Positions 13,287-26,127 of a DNA stretch of 64,000 nucleotides are shown here, in pieces; position 1 is the first letter of the stretch; every line of letters starts with the position of its first letter. The notes under the pieces were generated by a model. That model was not told the DNA's origin. It ran no database searches and saw only the letters and a list, made by a program, of their open reading frames with translations. Origin of the DNA: Eledone cirrhosa (Eukaryota); assembly GCA_964016885.1 (NCBI GenBank), contig OZ024745.1:65968001-66032000 (forward strand). Reading direction: 5' to 3'. Made by a program: the position numbers and the translations under genes.

Positions 13287-13510
13287 GGCGCGAAATTTAA
13301 TGTACTTGTTCACGTGACAGTCATAATTTCAATTATAACCAATCAAATTATATTTATAGAAAAAACTTCTTGAGGCACTTTTATTAAGTAAAAAGAAATT
13401 CAAACACAAAGTGGCGCGAAAGTTGATGTGCTTATATCACGTGACTGCATCAACCAACCAAATTACTTTTCTAAAAACCTAGCATTTCGAGCCACTTTTT
13501 CCATATAAAA
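13287..13510 (+). promoter_or_regulatory. Putative pLTR promoter: duplicated E2F-like / E-box / CCAAT module plus TATA-like box
   Basis: GGCGCGAAA at 13287 and 13413, TCACGTGA at 13310 and 13437, AACCAATCA at 13337 (degenerate copy near 13452), and TATAAAA near 13504 upstream of the HHR. Confidence 0.4.
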
Positions 13511-13569
13511 CAGAAATAACATTCGAACACCAAACAGATGCGAGAAAAACCACAAACCCTCCATCTCAA

Positions 13570-13613
13570 TTCTACTTTTGAAAAGCACAAGAACTGCGAA
13601 ACCCTTAAAGGAA
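13570..13613 (+). ncRNA. U3-A8 hammerhead variant, helix III mutated
   Basis: Same motif as 10466-10509 but with GAAACCCTTA. Confidence 0.5.
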
Positions 13614-13696
13614 CGAAATAAATACTTTTTTTAAAAAGACTCCAGTTGCATTTTCGATTTCATCTTTTTTCCTTATGTATATATATATATATATAT

Positions 13697-13931
13697 AATT
13701 ACAACAGTGACATAAACAGGTACTCACGTTTCGTGAGACTCAGAACCCAACGATACCTGAGTACATGTTCATGTCACTGTTGCAATTATTTATACTAAAC
13801 TCGTCCTATAGACTGGGTGCTCTTACTGGGTGCTCTTAGTATAAATAATTACACAGTGACATGAACATGTACTCAGGTATCGTTGGGTTCTGGGCCCTAC
13901 GAAACTTGAGTACCTGTTTATGTCACTGTTG

Positions 13932-13936
<5 letters not shown>
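13697..13936. repeat. Nested palindrome: two inverted copies of a 90-nt imperfect hairpin inside (TA)n
   Basis: 13697-13798 is the reverse complement of 13836-13936, and each arm is itself self-complementary. The spacer carries actgggtgctctta twice. Confidence 0.85.
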
Positions 13937-13987
<51 letters not shown>

Positions 13988-13993
<6 letters not shown>

Positions 13994-14123
13994 AGGAAGA
14001 ATGATGAAATCGAAAATGCAACTGGAGTCTTTTTAAAAAAGTATTTATTTCGTTCCTTTAACGGTTTCGCAGTTCTTGTGCTTTTCAAAAGTAGAATTGA
14101 GATGGAGGGTTTGTGGTTTTCTC
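13988..14123 (-). mobile_element. Third (solo) copy of the Neptune-like pLTR end, with U3-A8 HHR at 14053-14096
   Basis: Reverse complement of about 13541-13680. Confidence 0.85.
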
Positions 14124-14174
14124 AACAGCAGAGAGAGCACAAAGAGCAATGCCCTCTCTCTGCTGTTGAGCACC

Positions 14175-14288
<114 letters not shown>

Positions 14289-14634
14289 AGTTGAGCACCA
14301 TATATATATTTGGATTTTAACGTTTAAACCTGTCTACGGAACAGGTTTGATTTTGAAATTTAAATTTGTCCAAGCACTACGGCCATTGCCAATATGATTT
14401 GTTTTTATTGATTTATTATCTTAAATCGAGACAGGCAAAATGTATTATTATTATTAGTATATTTCAATCTAGCTAACTTGGTCATTTACAATACAAACAT
14501 GAATATGTTGGTATTTGTGTTTATCAAATATATTAATTTATATTAACTTGTATTACACGGCTCAGAAATACTTCTTTCTTTGAGCTATTTCATTGTAAAA
14601 GACTGCCTGAGTTTTGAACTCATTATTATTGATA

Positions 14635-14700
<66 letters not shown>

Positions 14701-15631
14701 GAGGTAAGTGTGTGTTTAAGTGTGTGTATGAAATCCAATACTTATGAGCAACATGTCAACAAATTTCAAAATACAAATATTCTGAATACTGACGAATACT
14801 TTCTTATTTGTGAATCGACATGTGTGGCTTTCATCATGACATTTTCCCCGAGTCCTCTTTACAAAAATTCCTGTTAGCTACAATAAATACTTGTCAATAC
14901 AATGAGTGTTTCTTTATCCGTTTCACATTTTAAATGATAAACATCAGTAACAATGATGCCTTTAGATACATAGCCGACGAGTCCTATTTGTATATTATAT
15001 TTCATATTAAAAAATAAATATACTGAAAACAATACGTATAATAAAACAGGAATATTTGTTAATGTTGTTTAATAGTCAAAAGGAAAGGAGATGGAGATTT
15101 GATTTAAGAAATATCCGCTTTTTTAATTGTATTTATGATATGCAAATTAAAAGTAGCACAGTCAATGTTTACAGAATTCACTTTTTTTTTCTCGATCCCA
15201 TTAATATTTTTTCTGTCTCGCATACCATTTTCTAGTCATGAATATATAATCTATGCTGGATATGCTCTGCTAGATATAAAAACCGCAGCTCACACTTTTC
15301 CATTTTTTTTTTTTTTTTTTTCGCTTTTCAAGGGAGATTTGGTTCCTCAGCTAGAATGCTGAGTGACTCGTCATTATAAAACGAGTTCTTGACACATATA
15401 TTATCCAACTTAGTGTTTTGAATAGTTCCAGCACTTTTTGTATTTCACATTTAGACTTCGTGACTACACATTATTCCACCATGTCTGAATTTCTATAGGA
15501 ACCGTTCGATTTGTACCATTCGGAGTTATCTAGACCATACGTTATATAAAAGATACAAACCTTCTGAGAGAGTTCCCTGTGTGATAGTTTTAGAAATAGA
15601 ACATTCTAATCTTGGGTTATTTAGTCTATAT

Positions 15632-16222
15632 AATAATTGTTTCTACTTTAGGCACAAGGCCAGCAATTACCCAGTGTATTACTGGTACTTTATTTTATCG
15701 AACCCGTAAGGATGAAAGGTAAAGTTATCCTCGGCGGGATTTGAACTCAGAATGACAAGGGCCGTAACTCTATGCGTCAAAGCATGGCGTCCGACCCTCT
15801 ACCAATACTGCCAATCCACTGCCACAATTCACTATATAATAATTGTTTCTACTTTAGGCACAAGGCCAGCAATTACCCAGTGCATTACTGGTACTTTATT
15901 TTTATCGACCCCGTAAGGATGAAAGGCAAAGTCAACCTCGGCGAGATTTGAACTCAGATCGTAAAGGGACGTAACTATGCTGGAAAGCATGGCGTCCGAC
16001 CCTCCACCGATACTGCCAATCCACCGCCCTTGTATAATTGTTTCTACTTTAGGCACAAGGCCAGCAATTATCCAGTGCATTACTGGTACTTTATTTTATC
16101 GACCCCGTAAGGATGAAAGGCAAAGTCAACCTCGGCGGGATTTGAACTCAGATCGTAAAGGGACGTAACTATGCTGGAAAGCATGGCGTCCGACTCTCCA
16201 CCGATACTGCCAATCCACCGCC
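15632..16222 (-). mobile_element. Head-to-tail array of three tRNA-derived SINEs (15632-15823, 15838-16028, 16035-16222)
   Basis: Each unit has A box tggcagtatYggt, B box gagttcaaatc, body gcctttcatccttacggggtcgataaaataaagtaccag and tail gtagaaacaattat. Confidence 0.9.
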
Positions 16223-16258
16223 CTATATAATAATGATAGTAAATTCACGTACTTTAGA

Positions 16259-16505
16259 GGTTAGGATATTCGTATCATGATAGTAAGGTCGTGACTTCGA
16301 TTCCCGGCTGCAGGATTTGTCCTTTAGCAAGTAACTCTATTTCACGTTGCTCCAGTCTACTCAGCTGGCAAAAATGAGTTGTATCTGTAATTCGAAGGGC
16401 AAGCCCTCTCATATTCTGTGTTATACTAACTCGCCTTGAAACTTTCGTTAAGGGTACACGTGCCTGGGAAATGCTCAGCCACTTGCACGTTATTTTCACG
16501 AGTAA
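16259..16505 (+). mobile_element. Second tRNA-derived SINE family
   Basis: Degenerate tRNA-like head (ggttagg...gacttcgattccc) followed by a gcaag...ttgctccagtctactcagctggcaaaaatgagt core-like body. Confidence 0.6.
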
Positions 16506-19236
16506 GTCAATGGTAACTTCATTTTCTGTCTATATCATACACTATTTTCTCACATCTCTATGCATACGTAATTCATTATGTATATTAACTGTATTCCCTC
16601 TGCACTGTGTAAAAGACCGAGAGATCGGCTTCGTATACACGATGGTTGTTGACATTTCAAAGCAGTGATTCAGCTATGTAATTTAAGATAGTAAGAGTAG
16701 TCGACGTCACTTGGCTTAAATGTTTAAAGTGCCTTGCCTGTATCTAGGAGATATGGGATTCAATTCCTCACAGTAGCCGATAGCAACTTATTTTTCCGTC
16801 TTTAAGGTTCTTCGCCATATTTTATAAGCTATTTTATAGCATATTTCATAAAGAGAAAGTGAGATCATTTTCTCATAACCGCATAATATTCATTTAATTA
16901 AAAATTCTGTTCACTTACTAAATTCCAGACCACAAGGCACTGGTCAAGTCGAAGCTATGGTAAAAGATATTCTTCCTCAGTGCCTAGCGGGTAATTCAAC
17001 TCCGTAATCATATTCCTGCGAAGCAAACCTTTTAATCCAAGGTCTATGTTAGTGTTATTAAAATTATTGCATATCCAAAATAGTAATTTGCAATCCAGTT
17101 ATGGGATAATTTCTTAACATTTTACACACCAATGAATCATATCTTTGCTTTTGTATTTAAACTAATATTGATGAAATTTACATATTATTCCGTTAGAGAG
17201 TAAAATGAATTAAGACAATTATCATAATACAGTTTTTTTTTTGTGACTCCAAGTACGTTAATCGCAATGCGACGCATTCGTGAAATGTGAAATATCAGTA
17301 CAAGAAATTTGGTTGTAGTTCTCGTTTGATGGCATACGTGTTTTGTTTCCTTCAACTATGTGATTTTATAAACTGTGAGATTATGCCAAGACGCTTCAAA
17401 TGTTTTGGCATCAACTTGCAAAAATTACCATATTTATCAATGCTAAAGGTAGCTATTGATTAACATCAGTTATCATCGTCCGGTAGATAGTGATATCTTC
17501 ACTGTTAAAATATAATATCGCATATGTAAGGTTAAACATGAGAGAAACAGATACTGTACAACCTGCAACTGCAATATGGAGTTATAGATAAAAGTATAAC
17601 ACGCGCTTTACTACAATAGCTCACTATTGAATTTGAACAAAATATATGTCAGAAATCCAATATTGGATGAAGTATCAGTAGTTTTGGTTTGCCATAATTG
17701 TAAATTACAATCATTTGAAAATAAACGACGCCTAGATATCTAGCTGCACCCGTATATTCATGACATTGCTCCCTCTATACGTATCGACAATGGAATTCCC
17801 CAAACTGTTCGCATTGGTATAGAAATTGTTTGCATATGAAAACTACAATGCAGATGAAATAAATATATTTTATTCCACACAGATTTGCTTTTCCTCACCT
17901 CGTTTTTTAGCTTCACACATCGAATACCAAATTGATTGTATGACTACTATAAGAAGTTGAGTTTTACAAATAAACTGTTGATAATTTAATCTAATCGCAT
18001 GAATTCGAGAACGCTATGAATGGACTCTGTCAGAACAAACCAATACAACAGACGCAAAATTACAAATGCCCTTTTAGTGTGAGCAGTACTGACAGAGAGA
18101 GAGGGGGGAGAGGGGGAGGGAGAGAGGATGAGAGAGAGTATCTGTGAGAGAGAGAGTAAGAGAGAGTATGTGTGAGACAGAGAGAGAGTGAGAGAGAGTA
18201 TGTGTAAGAGAGAGAGAGAAAGAGTGAGAGAAGGTATATGTGAGAGAGAGTGAGAGAGAGTATGTGTGAGAGAGACTGAGAGAAATATTCTATTACTTTC
18301 ATTTTCATTAAATCACAATTTCATGATTCTAAGTTTTGGGAAGAGAAGAAACAACTTATTTCATATATCAACACTAAAACATTTCAAACTTTTATTAGCT
18401 TGTACCAATCATGTTTCTATGACTAGATTCAGTTAGGGGTTAAAAATAGCTGTACCCGTTACAATTAATATTATCTATGTATATGTTTGTTTTTTATCGA
18501 TAATGGGATTATGAGATACAAAGTTATCTCTAGTCTCTTTTGATGTCACAAAACACATCTATGAGTATAACATATACAAGTAAATATATATAATCATATG
18601 AATGTCTTTAAAAATAGTTTACATATTTTACAAATGTTAATAGCCGATTAAGAGAAAGTCATACGAGCGAAATACACAAGCGTTTAACTTATTGAACAAG
18701 CAGCTGATTGGTTCTTGGTTTTAATCTTTTTTAAAGGAACGGCCTGAATCAGCGGACAAGCATGAGCTCGTTTTAACCATTTAACGCATTAATAACTGGA
18801 ATAAGCTCCACACCACCGTGGTAATTTCTGATATATTATGGAAGATAAAAAAGAGAAAAAGGATTACAGGAAGTTATATATTGCCAATTGTTCAGCCGCT
18901 TACTTTATTTTCCGGTGTTTATTCATTACACTGATAAATGGGAAAATAACTGCAAATAGATTTCCGATCAAAATATTTCCTATCATGTTTATTGATTATA
19001 TGGTTATTAATATATTTCTATGGTGGCGTAAAGTGTTAACACCGAATATATCGTCGTCAACATCATTATCCCCATCATCATTATCCCCATCATCATCAGC
19101 AGCAGCATCAATATTAGCATCACAACCACGTATTACTTCATAAGAACAACCACTCAAATAAAATAAATAACGACAATCATCAAAATGATAACAATAAAGA
19201 TGTTCTACTCTTCAACATATTAGGGATGATTATGAT

Positions 19237-19345
19237 ATCCCGCCGAGGTTAACTTTGCCTTTCATCCTTACGGGGTCGATAAAATAAAGTGCCAGTAATA
19301 TACTGGAATAATTGCTGGCCTTGTGCCAAAAGTAGAAACAATTAT
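19237..19345 (+). mobile_element. 5'-truncated SINE (same family as 15.6 kb)
   Basis: atcccgccgaggttaactttgcctttcatcc...gtagaaacaattat. Confidence 0.85.
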
Positions 19346-19911
19346 GATAATGATGATGATGATGATAATGATGAGGAGGAGGATAAGGAGGAGGAGAATT
19401 AGGGTGGGAGTTGATGGTAATAAGAGTAATACGAAACTCAAAAAAACATTTTATCATAATCGGATGAAAAAGCGCATTATTCAACAGTCCACGTACATTT
19501 CATTGCTAAATGGAAAGAAAACATACAATGAATTATAAAAATCATTAACATCTTTATTCACAATAAGTACATTATAAAATATATAAAACTGTAAACACTA
19601 ATAAAGCTATTTATTTCTTTTCACAAGTTCATTAAATTTACAATGAGATTCTAATTTCAAAATAATTAAGTTTTTATCTATTGTCCTGTCAAATACGTTC
19701 TCACAGGTTTTGAAGTAACTCATTTAGAAATGTATTTCATCTGCTCAGCGGAGAGTATAAACAAATTATATAACAATCAACTGAAAACTGAACATAGCAT
19801 TCAAACAAGTTTTACAATTTTAAATACGTAAAACGCTTTTACTTATATATGTTTTTTTTAATACATAGCTTGCATAGAAGAACTTTTTTTTCGATTTTGA
19901 ATTGTTGCAGG

Positions 19912-20130
19912 TTCTTCTTCTTCTTCTTCTTCTTCTTCTTCTTCTTCTTCTTCTTCTTCTTCTTCTTCTTCTTCTTCTTCTTCTTCTTCTTCTTCTTCTT
20001 CTTCTTCTTCTTCTTCTTCTTCTTCTTCTTCTTCTTCTTCTTCTTCTTCTTCTTCTTCTTCTTCTTCTTCTTCTTCTTCTTCTTCTTCTTCTTCTTCTTC
20101 TTCTTCTTCTTCTTCTTCTTCTTCTTCTTC

Positions 20131-20162
<32 letters not shown>

Positions 20163-20560
20163 CTTCTTCGTCCACTTATTCATGAAAGGATCGTAGGGAC
20201 AGACCTGAGCATGATGATTGGATAACATCCATGAGCTCGGTTGGATTCGCTTGGAGATCCAGCTAGATCAGTTGAAGACGGTTGCTTCAGACAAGACTTG
20301 CTGAAATGTTTATGATATCAGCAATGTAGTCTCCCTACCTCTCGAGGCTGCACCTCTCTGAAGAGAGAAAAACTCCTGATGCGTTCCTGATAGCAGGTGT
20401 GGAGGTGGACGTCTCATTATGAAGTTACCAAAACACTTTATTTGCTGAACTGAAATGCGAATCTAGCTTAAGCCTGAAGACTATCAATGTCTTAACCTTT
20501 GACGCCTTTAGTGTCTTTGCTGCGATCTGTCATTCTTGCTTTATCGGGATGGAATGATTT
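19912..20560 (-). mobile_element. Degraded LINE (probably RTE-like) 3' fragment with expanded (GAA)n tail
   Basis: About 255 bp (TTC)n at 19912-20169 abuts a GC-richer segment, the same arrangement as at 30.5 kb. No clean protein motif recovered. Confidence 0.4.
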
Positions 20561-23465
20561 TAGATCAATACAAATACTTTAAAATAAATCTAGGAACCTC
20601 GTAAAACAAGGAACTATTTCATGCGGGTTTGGGCATCAAAAGAGTTATAATACTACCCAAGATTGGGATCTGTAATTCTGAATAGGATTCGGTGTGACAG
20701 AGTGTGTGATAAGGTTAGATCACTGAATTACGGGTACTGTCCATATCTCGGTCTTTCAAACACTTTCCGTCTACACAATTATACTCACAAGTTATGGGCT
20801 GGTCCGAAGCTATGGTAAATAACACTTGTCCAAGATGCCAAACATTAGAAGTAAACCCAGGACTTAACGATTCCTGCTACATCCGTTTGTTGAATTCACA
20901 GACAGCATTAGAGCTCAGTTTTCTCATATTTCTCGATTTGTTGATAGAGTATATTTTTTATTGTTTCAGTTCAGCAAGTAAAGTTGAACGATATCACGAT
21001 ACATTTCGAGGTTATCAGAATTCTCCACAACGTTTAGGATGATGTTCAATCAGAGATCCTATAATACTTTCCAGTGGTGACCACCTCTTCTGTTTTCTAA
21101 AATACATTATCGAATGTGTGTTTCCATTTCCATGTTAGTAGGGGGTTATTTGAATAGTCAGGGCTTCTATTTCTAGTTTATCGACCATGACTGACATTAC
21201 TCCCACGTTAGCTCATGTCAGATGTCATTTAATAATTAAATTAACACATTTCAGTATATTAAATTTAGTTCTGTTCATATAACTGAGTTTTCAATTTTTA
21301 TCAGTTCTTAAATTGAGATGTTTATTAATTAAAATATTTGCTTTTGCAGAAGGAGCTTAGTTGATCGCATCGCTTCAAGGATGTTGTAGGTTCAGGGGAG
21401 CGAAAATGCAAAGTAGATTTTGGAGAGATTTGAAATTAAAATGGGGAAGGAAATAATTAAATTTAGCACAGCGATATCCTGTGTTGATTCACTCACTGTC
21501 TTTCTTCAGTTCTCAACTGTTTCCTACCCTATATTAATCCAAAATAATAATTCCCCAAAATAATGATTGATCTGAAAGCCACCCGATACATAATTTACAC
21601 GTAATAAGATATTTCCTTTATCAATCTTATAGCTCAAGTAAAATATTTCACACTTTTACCGTTTAATCTTGTCATGATTATGACCGACGCAATCAAATAT
21701 GGACATTTTTAAATGCTGTTTTACAATATTTTCGTTCAAGACAAGTAAACTTTCATTTATGACATAGTAGGATACAATAGAAATTTATTCATTACAATAG
21801 TAGTTTATAGTAGCAAAGACTAATTGATTTGGATTTATCTTATCTTTTGATAGTTCTATCCCATAGGAAAATCAATATATAGGTGACCAGAAATCAGACA
21901 AAAAATTAGATATGTAGATACAGAATGGTGGGGGGCATAGCTAGGGATTAAAAGGGATATATATATATATATATATATAGATAGATAGACTGCCACACAC
22001 ACCTCTAACGAGGAAAAATCAATAAAACATAAAAGAGAACGCCGTGAAAGAGGATTTTCTTAATGTCATTTACGGTAGTTTGGTGCATACATTATGCCAT
22101 GTAACATAGTAGAAAGGAATGCAATAATAAACGATTGAGAATTTAAAAACAACTTAGACAAAGATATCAATGAGAATAACATAGGATAAATTATAGATAG
22201 ATTTTGCAAAACATTAAATGTCAAGACGAAAATGTAACAAGACTAAACGATATTTCTAAGAATAATTTGTTAAGCATAACTTTTGCGAAAACACAGTATC
22301 ATTTGTTCTCAAATATAAATGGAACCTACTTTTTTAACAATGCCATACTATTTATTTCATTTTTGTATCAGCCAATAATTGTATGATCACTGATTTTTTT
22401 CTCATCCTATACTGTATATACAAGGAACCTGGCTGGAATGGAAGCAATACAGAGAAAAGAAAATCAAATATCCAGTCTTGGGAACTTGGGTTAAGTTTCC
22501 AGTACTCTCACTGTATGCAACAACAATGTACACCTCTTCCGCTTAGCACTTACCATGTAAGTGTCTTGAAAATAAACAATACGAAAACGTGTCCGGATAC
22601 ACATGTTTATAATGTAAATATTGATAACACAAGCCCAGACACATATACACATACAAGTCACACACACACAAGCACACAAATATATAATTTATGTATATTA
22701 TATGTATGTGTGTATCTGTGTTTCATATATGAGCAGGAAGGCATCATCAGTGAAGTTCCCTAGGGTCAGTGGGTGTTTTGTGTATTTCAACATCATACGT
22801 ATTTGTCTATGCAACCCAGCCAGGGTCCATAAGATCCCGACTTACGTTCCAGCCGCAGCTTGTCTCGAATCATCTCTTTTTATAAAAAAAGAATTAACTA
22901 GTGTCTTTCTCTGCGGATTCGCTCGGGAACCGAAGGCTCTTCTTTTCGCTACTCCTGTAAAGCCCAATCGACTGGGGCCCTTGCTGAGTTAGTGTCCCGA
23001 AAAGCCTCTACAGCCCACATTAAGAGGCGCAGAGCATGTTTTCCAATACCGGTACTAGTACTTCTTCTATAGTCTATAGTACGTTATGCGCATTATCATT
23101 CAATGAACATTGTGTAATGTAGTCAGTGCATGTAGACGGTTATGTAATTGTACAGAAACATATGTTAAAGACTGAACACAATAACTGTCTCCTTCTGTCC
23201 ACGTCTTCCTGTCTAGTTTTTCCTGTTTTTTTCTGGTACCATACATATATATTTATATATTCTCCGTGATCTTCTCCTTGGAAATTGTACCATAAACTTT
23301 TTAACTGGACACCTATGCTACACACTACAAGGAACACGTCGAGAAAAAATATTTGGTAAACAGTCCCCCCTATTTATTTTTACCTCAAATATAATTGATT
23401 TGATCTACACAAACAAAATTTAATTTATCTTCTCGTATATTTATATATATATACATAGAGAGAGA

Positions 23466-23509
<44 letters not shown>

Positions 23510-23527
23510 GAGAGAGAGAGAGAGAGA

Positions 23528-23601
<74 letters not shown>

Positions 23602-24799
23602 TAGTGAGGCAGAGGGGAGAGAGAGAAGTCGGAGCGAGAGGAGATAGAGTGGGGAAGAGAGGAGAGAAGCGCAGACTTTCTTACACATGATATATATTAG
23701 CGGAATACGTGTGCTGGATCATGTCGTACGATTTCTCTACAATGGTGTAGCTACGGTGAAACATCTTTCTTTCTTTCTTCAATGTATTTGTATCTTTAAT
23801 GACAAGGTTTAATATTTGAACAGCGGTAAGACCTACAGGAAAATCACGAACGATAAAGCTGAAACTATCTGCGTTGCTCCAATGACACGACCAGTATTTT
23901 AATAGAAAGGTGACATTGATGTTAAAATCGAACATGAAAATAAATCGATAACTAGACAGAATTAGAAACTATATCAAATAGTTAGGGAAATTATTATTAC
24001 TATTCTTCATAGTCACTACTTATATGATTTATCCTCACAACTATAAAAACATATCCAAATACCAAAACATTAGATGCCTTTGTTCAATCTGTTAACATGA
24101 TTATTGACTTAGTATCCATTTCCGGAATCCGATGAAGTTTGAACATCTAGTTTTAATAACATCAGTAATTACAAAATAATATACGTTGATATATATATTT
24201 TTTATTTACTCTGAGCAATATATTTGCTTGTATGTTTGGTGGTGAACTTCACATTATATGAAAAACGAAATCAAAAACAGCTATATGAACATATACGTTT
24301 CTAAATTGGAAAATAATATATGGATTTCTGGAACAATGCAGCAAAACATAGAAACACATTTTCGTTTAATATTGCTCACTGAAATTTCTAATACTATCCT
24401 TATGGATGGAGAGATATTTTTCATTCTTCTTCATTTCTATATATTAATTATATTCCATATGAATATGTAACGGAATGAGAGGGAATTTCATCAAGGTATG
24501 CTTTGCTTTTCATCCGTGTGTTGATAGATTAGAGCATTACTCAAATACTGTGTCGAATTAATTGACTATACCCGATTCCCAAAACTTTTGACATTATGTC
24601 AACATCAGACAATATTACTTCAAGAGGTATTTATGCATGTTTCTATACATTTTGAATGTAGTTTTCTCCACAGTTCACTTTCACCTAACCATACCGCGGT
24701 CTATAAGGTCCCAGTCAAAATCTGTTTGATTTAATCGAAACTACACTCACGCAAAATGTGTGGCCTGGTACATATGTAATAAATCATTATTAATTCACA

Positions 24800-24897
24800 G
24801 GTTAACTTTGCCTTTCATCCTTACGGGGTCGATAAAATAAAGTACCAGTAATACACTGAGTAATTGCTGGCCTTGTGCCTAACGTAGAAACAATTAT
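24800..24897 (+). mobile_element. 5'-truncated SINE with TSD
   Basis: SINE body and tail; TSD ttattaattcacag at 24787 and 24894. Confidence 0.85.
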
Positions 24898-25667
24898 TAA
24901 TTCACAGTAAGAGAGAAGTGTGTATGAACAGTAACATCCGTAGAGCTTAAACAAATTATGTCACAGTACATTAGATAGATCCATAGTTAAAATTCAAACA
25001 ATATTGAGCTAGGCTTTCATTTTTGGGAGTTAAACATTAAACAACAGTTGATCCAGTCAAATACCGTTACTCCAATTAGTTTAGATGTAGTTTTCTTCTA
25101 CATCTCTGTCACCCCTGGACTTTCGAGTTAATTATGGACAACTTGGGGATAGGGGGATTTCTATTTGTCTGCAAGGATTTCTGCCATGAGAAAATGATAT
25201 CAGGTACTATTTTCAAATTTGCTCATTTACCTCTCACCTTGATCAATTGTTTAATATCGAAACACAATTGAAATGTATTTAACTCAGATAACAGGTCCAA
25301 ATGTCAGTTAATTTTGCGAAATAAAATCAATGGGACTTTAATATATTGCAACTAGTCGAAATATTCTATCTTAGACAAAAAAAAAAACAGCAGATTCACA
25401 ACAAAGTCAAACGATCGACGTCAGTAACAATAGAAGGAAAAAATAAATACAGATAATATATACGAAAACAACAGTAATAATAATAATAATAGTATTTTCA
25501 GCAATAATAAAACAGTAAGTAAGGAAAAGGTAAAAGAAATATTGAGAAATTACATAAGAAAAATGTAAGACGAATAAAATATTTCAGAAGCTTGTCACGT
25601 TCTACATTTATATTGTCAATATGTCAAATTAATAAATTGTTTTAGAAAATCCTTTTATATAAAATAA

Positions 25668-25791
<124 letters not shown>

Positions 25792-25827
25792 GAGAGAGAT
25801 AGAGAGAGATAGATAGATAGATAAATT

Positions 25828-26127
25828 TCTTTATTAGACACAAGGGCACAAAAGAAGGGGACAAATACAAATGGGGAGTTTACATACAGGTATATGAAAA
25901 TAAAACTATTAATAAAACAACAAATAACAATTGAAATCCCCAATAGGGGGGAGGTGTTACACAGGGGTTGTACACACCCCGAACAAATGTACAACCCCCA
26001 TCTCCAGGAGCACCAAGAGTGAGTACTCCTTTCCTCTCTTCTTTTTCCTGAACATACAGGCTTATATAGAGAGAAGGCCCAACCACTCGGGCCATCTTTG
26101 CCACATTCACCAAACTTTTATAAAATT
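25828..26127 (-). mobile_element. 3' fragment of a Tx1-like LINE related to the 56-62 kb element
   Basis: VNVAKMARVVGPSLYISL matches ARMARVNGPTLSIYL at 61612-61659. The 3'UTR shares ccccctattgggga; flanked by (GATA)n. Confidence 0.8.

Larger units (their letters stand above)
10385..13676 (+). mobile_element. Penelope-like retroelement (Neptune-like), 5'-truncated with inverted pLTR
   Basis: RT plus C-terminal GIY-YIG coding remnant. 10395-10602 is the reverse complement of 13468-13670. (TA)n lies close to both ends. Confidence 0.9.

Noticed and set aside
15632-16222. Regular repeats resembling a CRISPR array or satellite
   Set aside because: Units are 190-bp SINEs with Pol III boxes and no unique spacers; eukaryotic context and no cas genes.
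22715-22752. Minus-strand CTGATGA...GAAAC as another hammerhead
   Set aside because: No convincing helix I, II or III.
22551-23935. Minus-strand GTAAG donor sites suggesting alternative first exons (MIRDKLRLE, MFHRSYTIVEK)
   Set aside because: Inconsistent phases, no downstream coding exon found, no recognisable homology; cannot be supported without RNA data.
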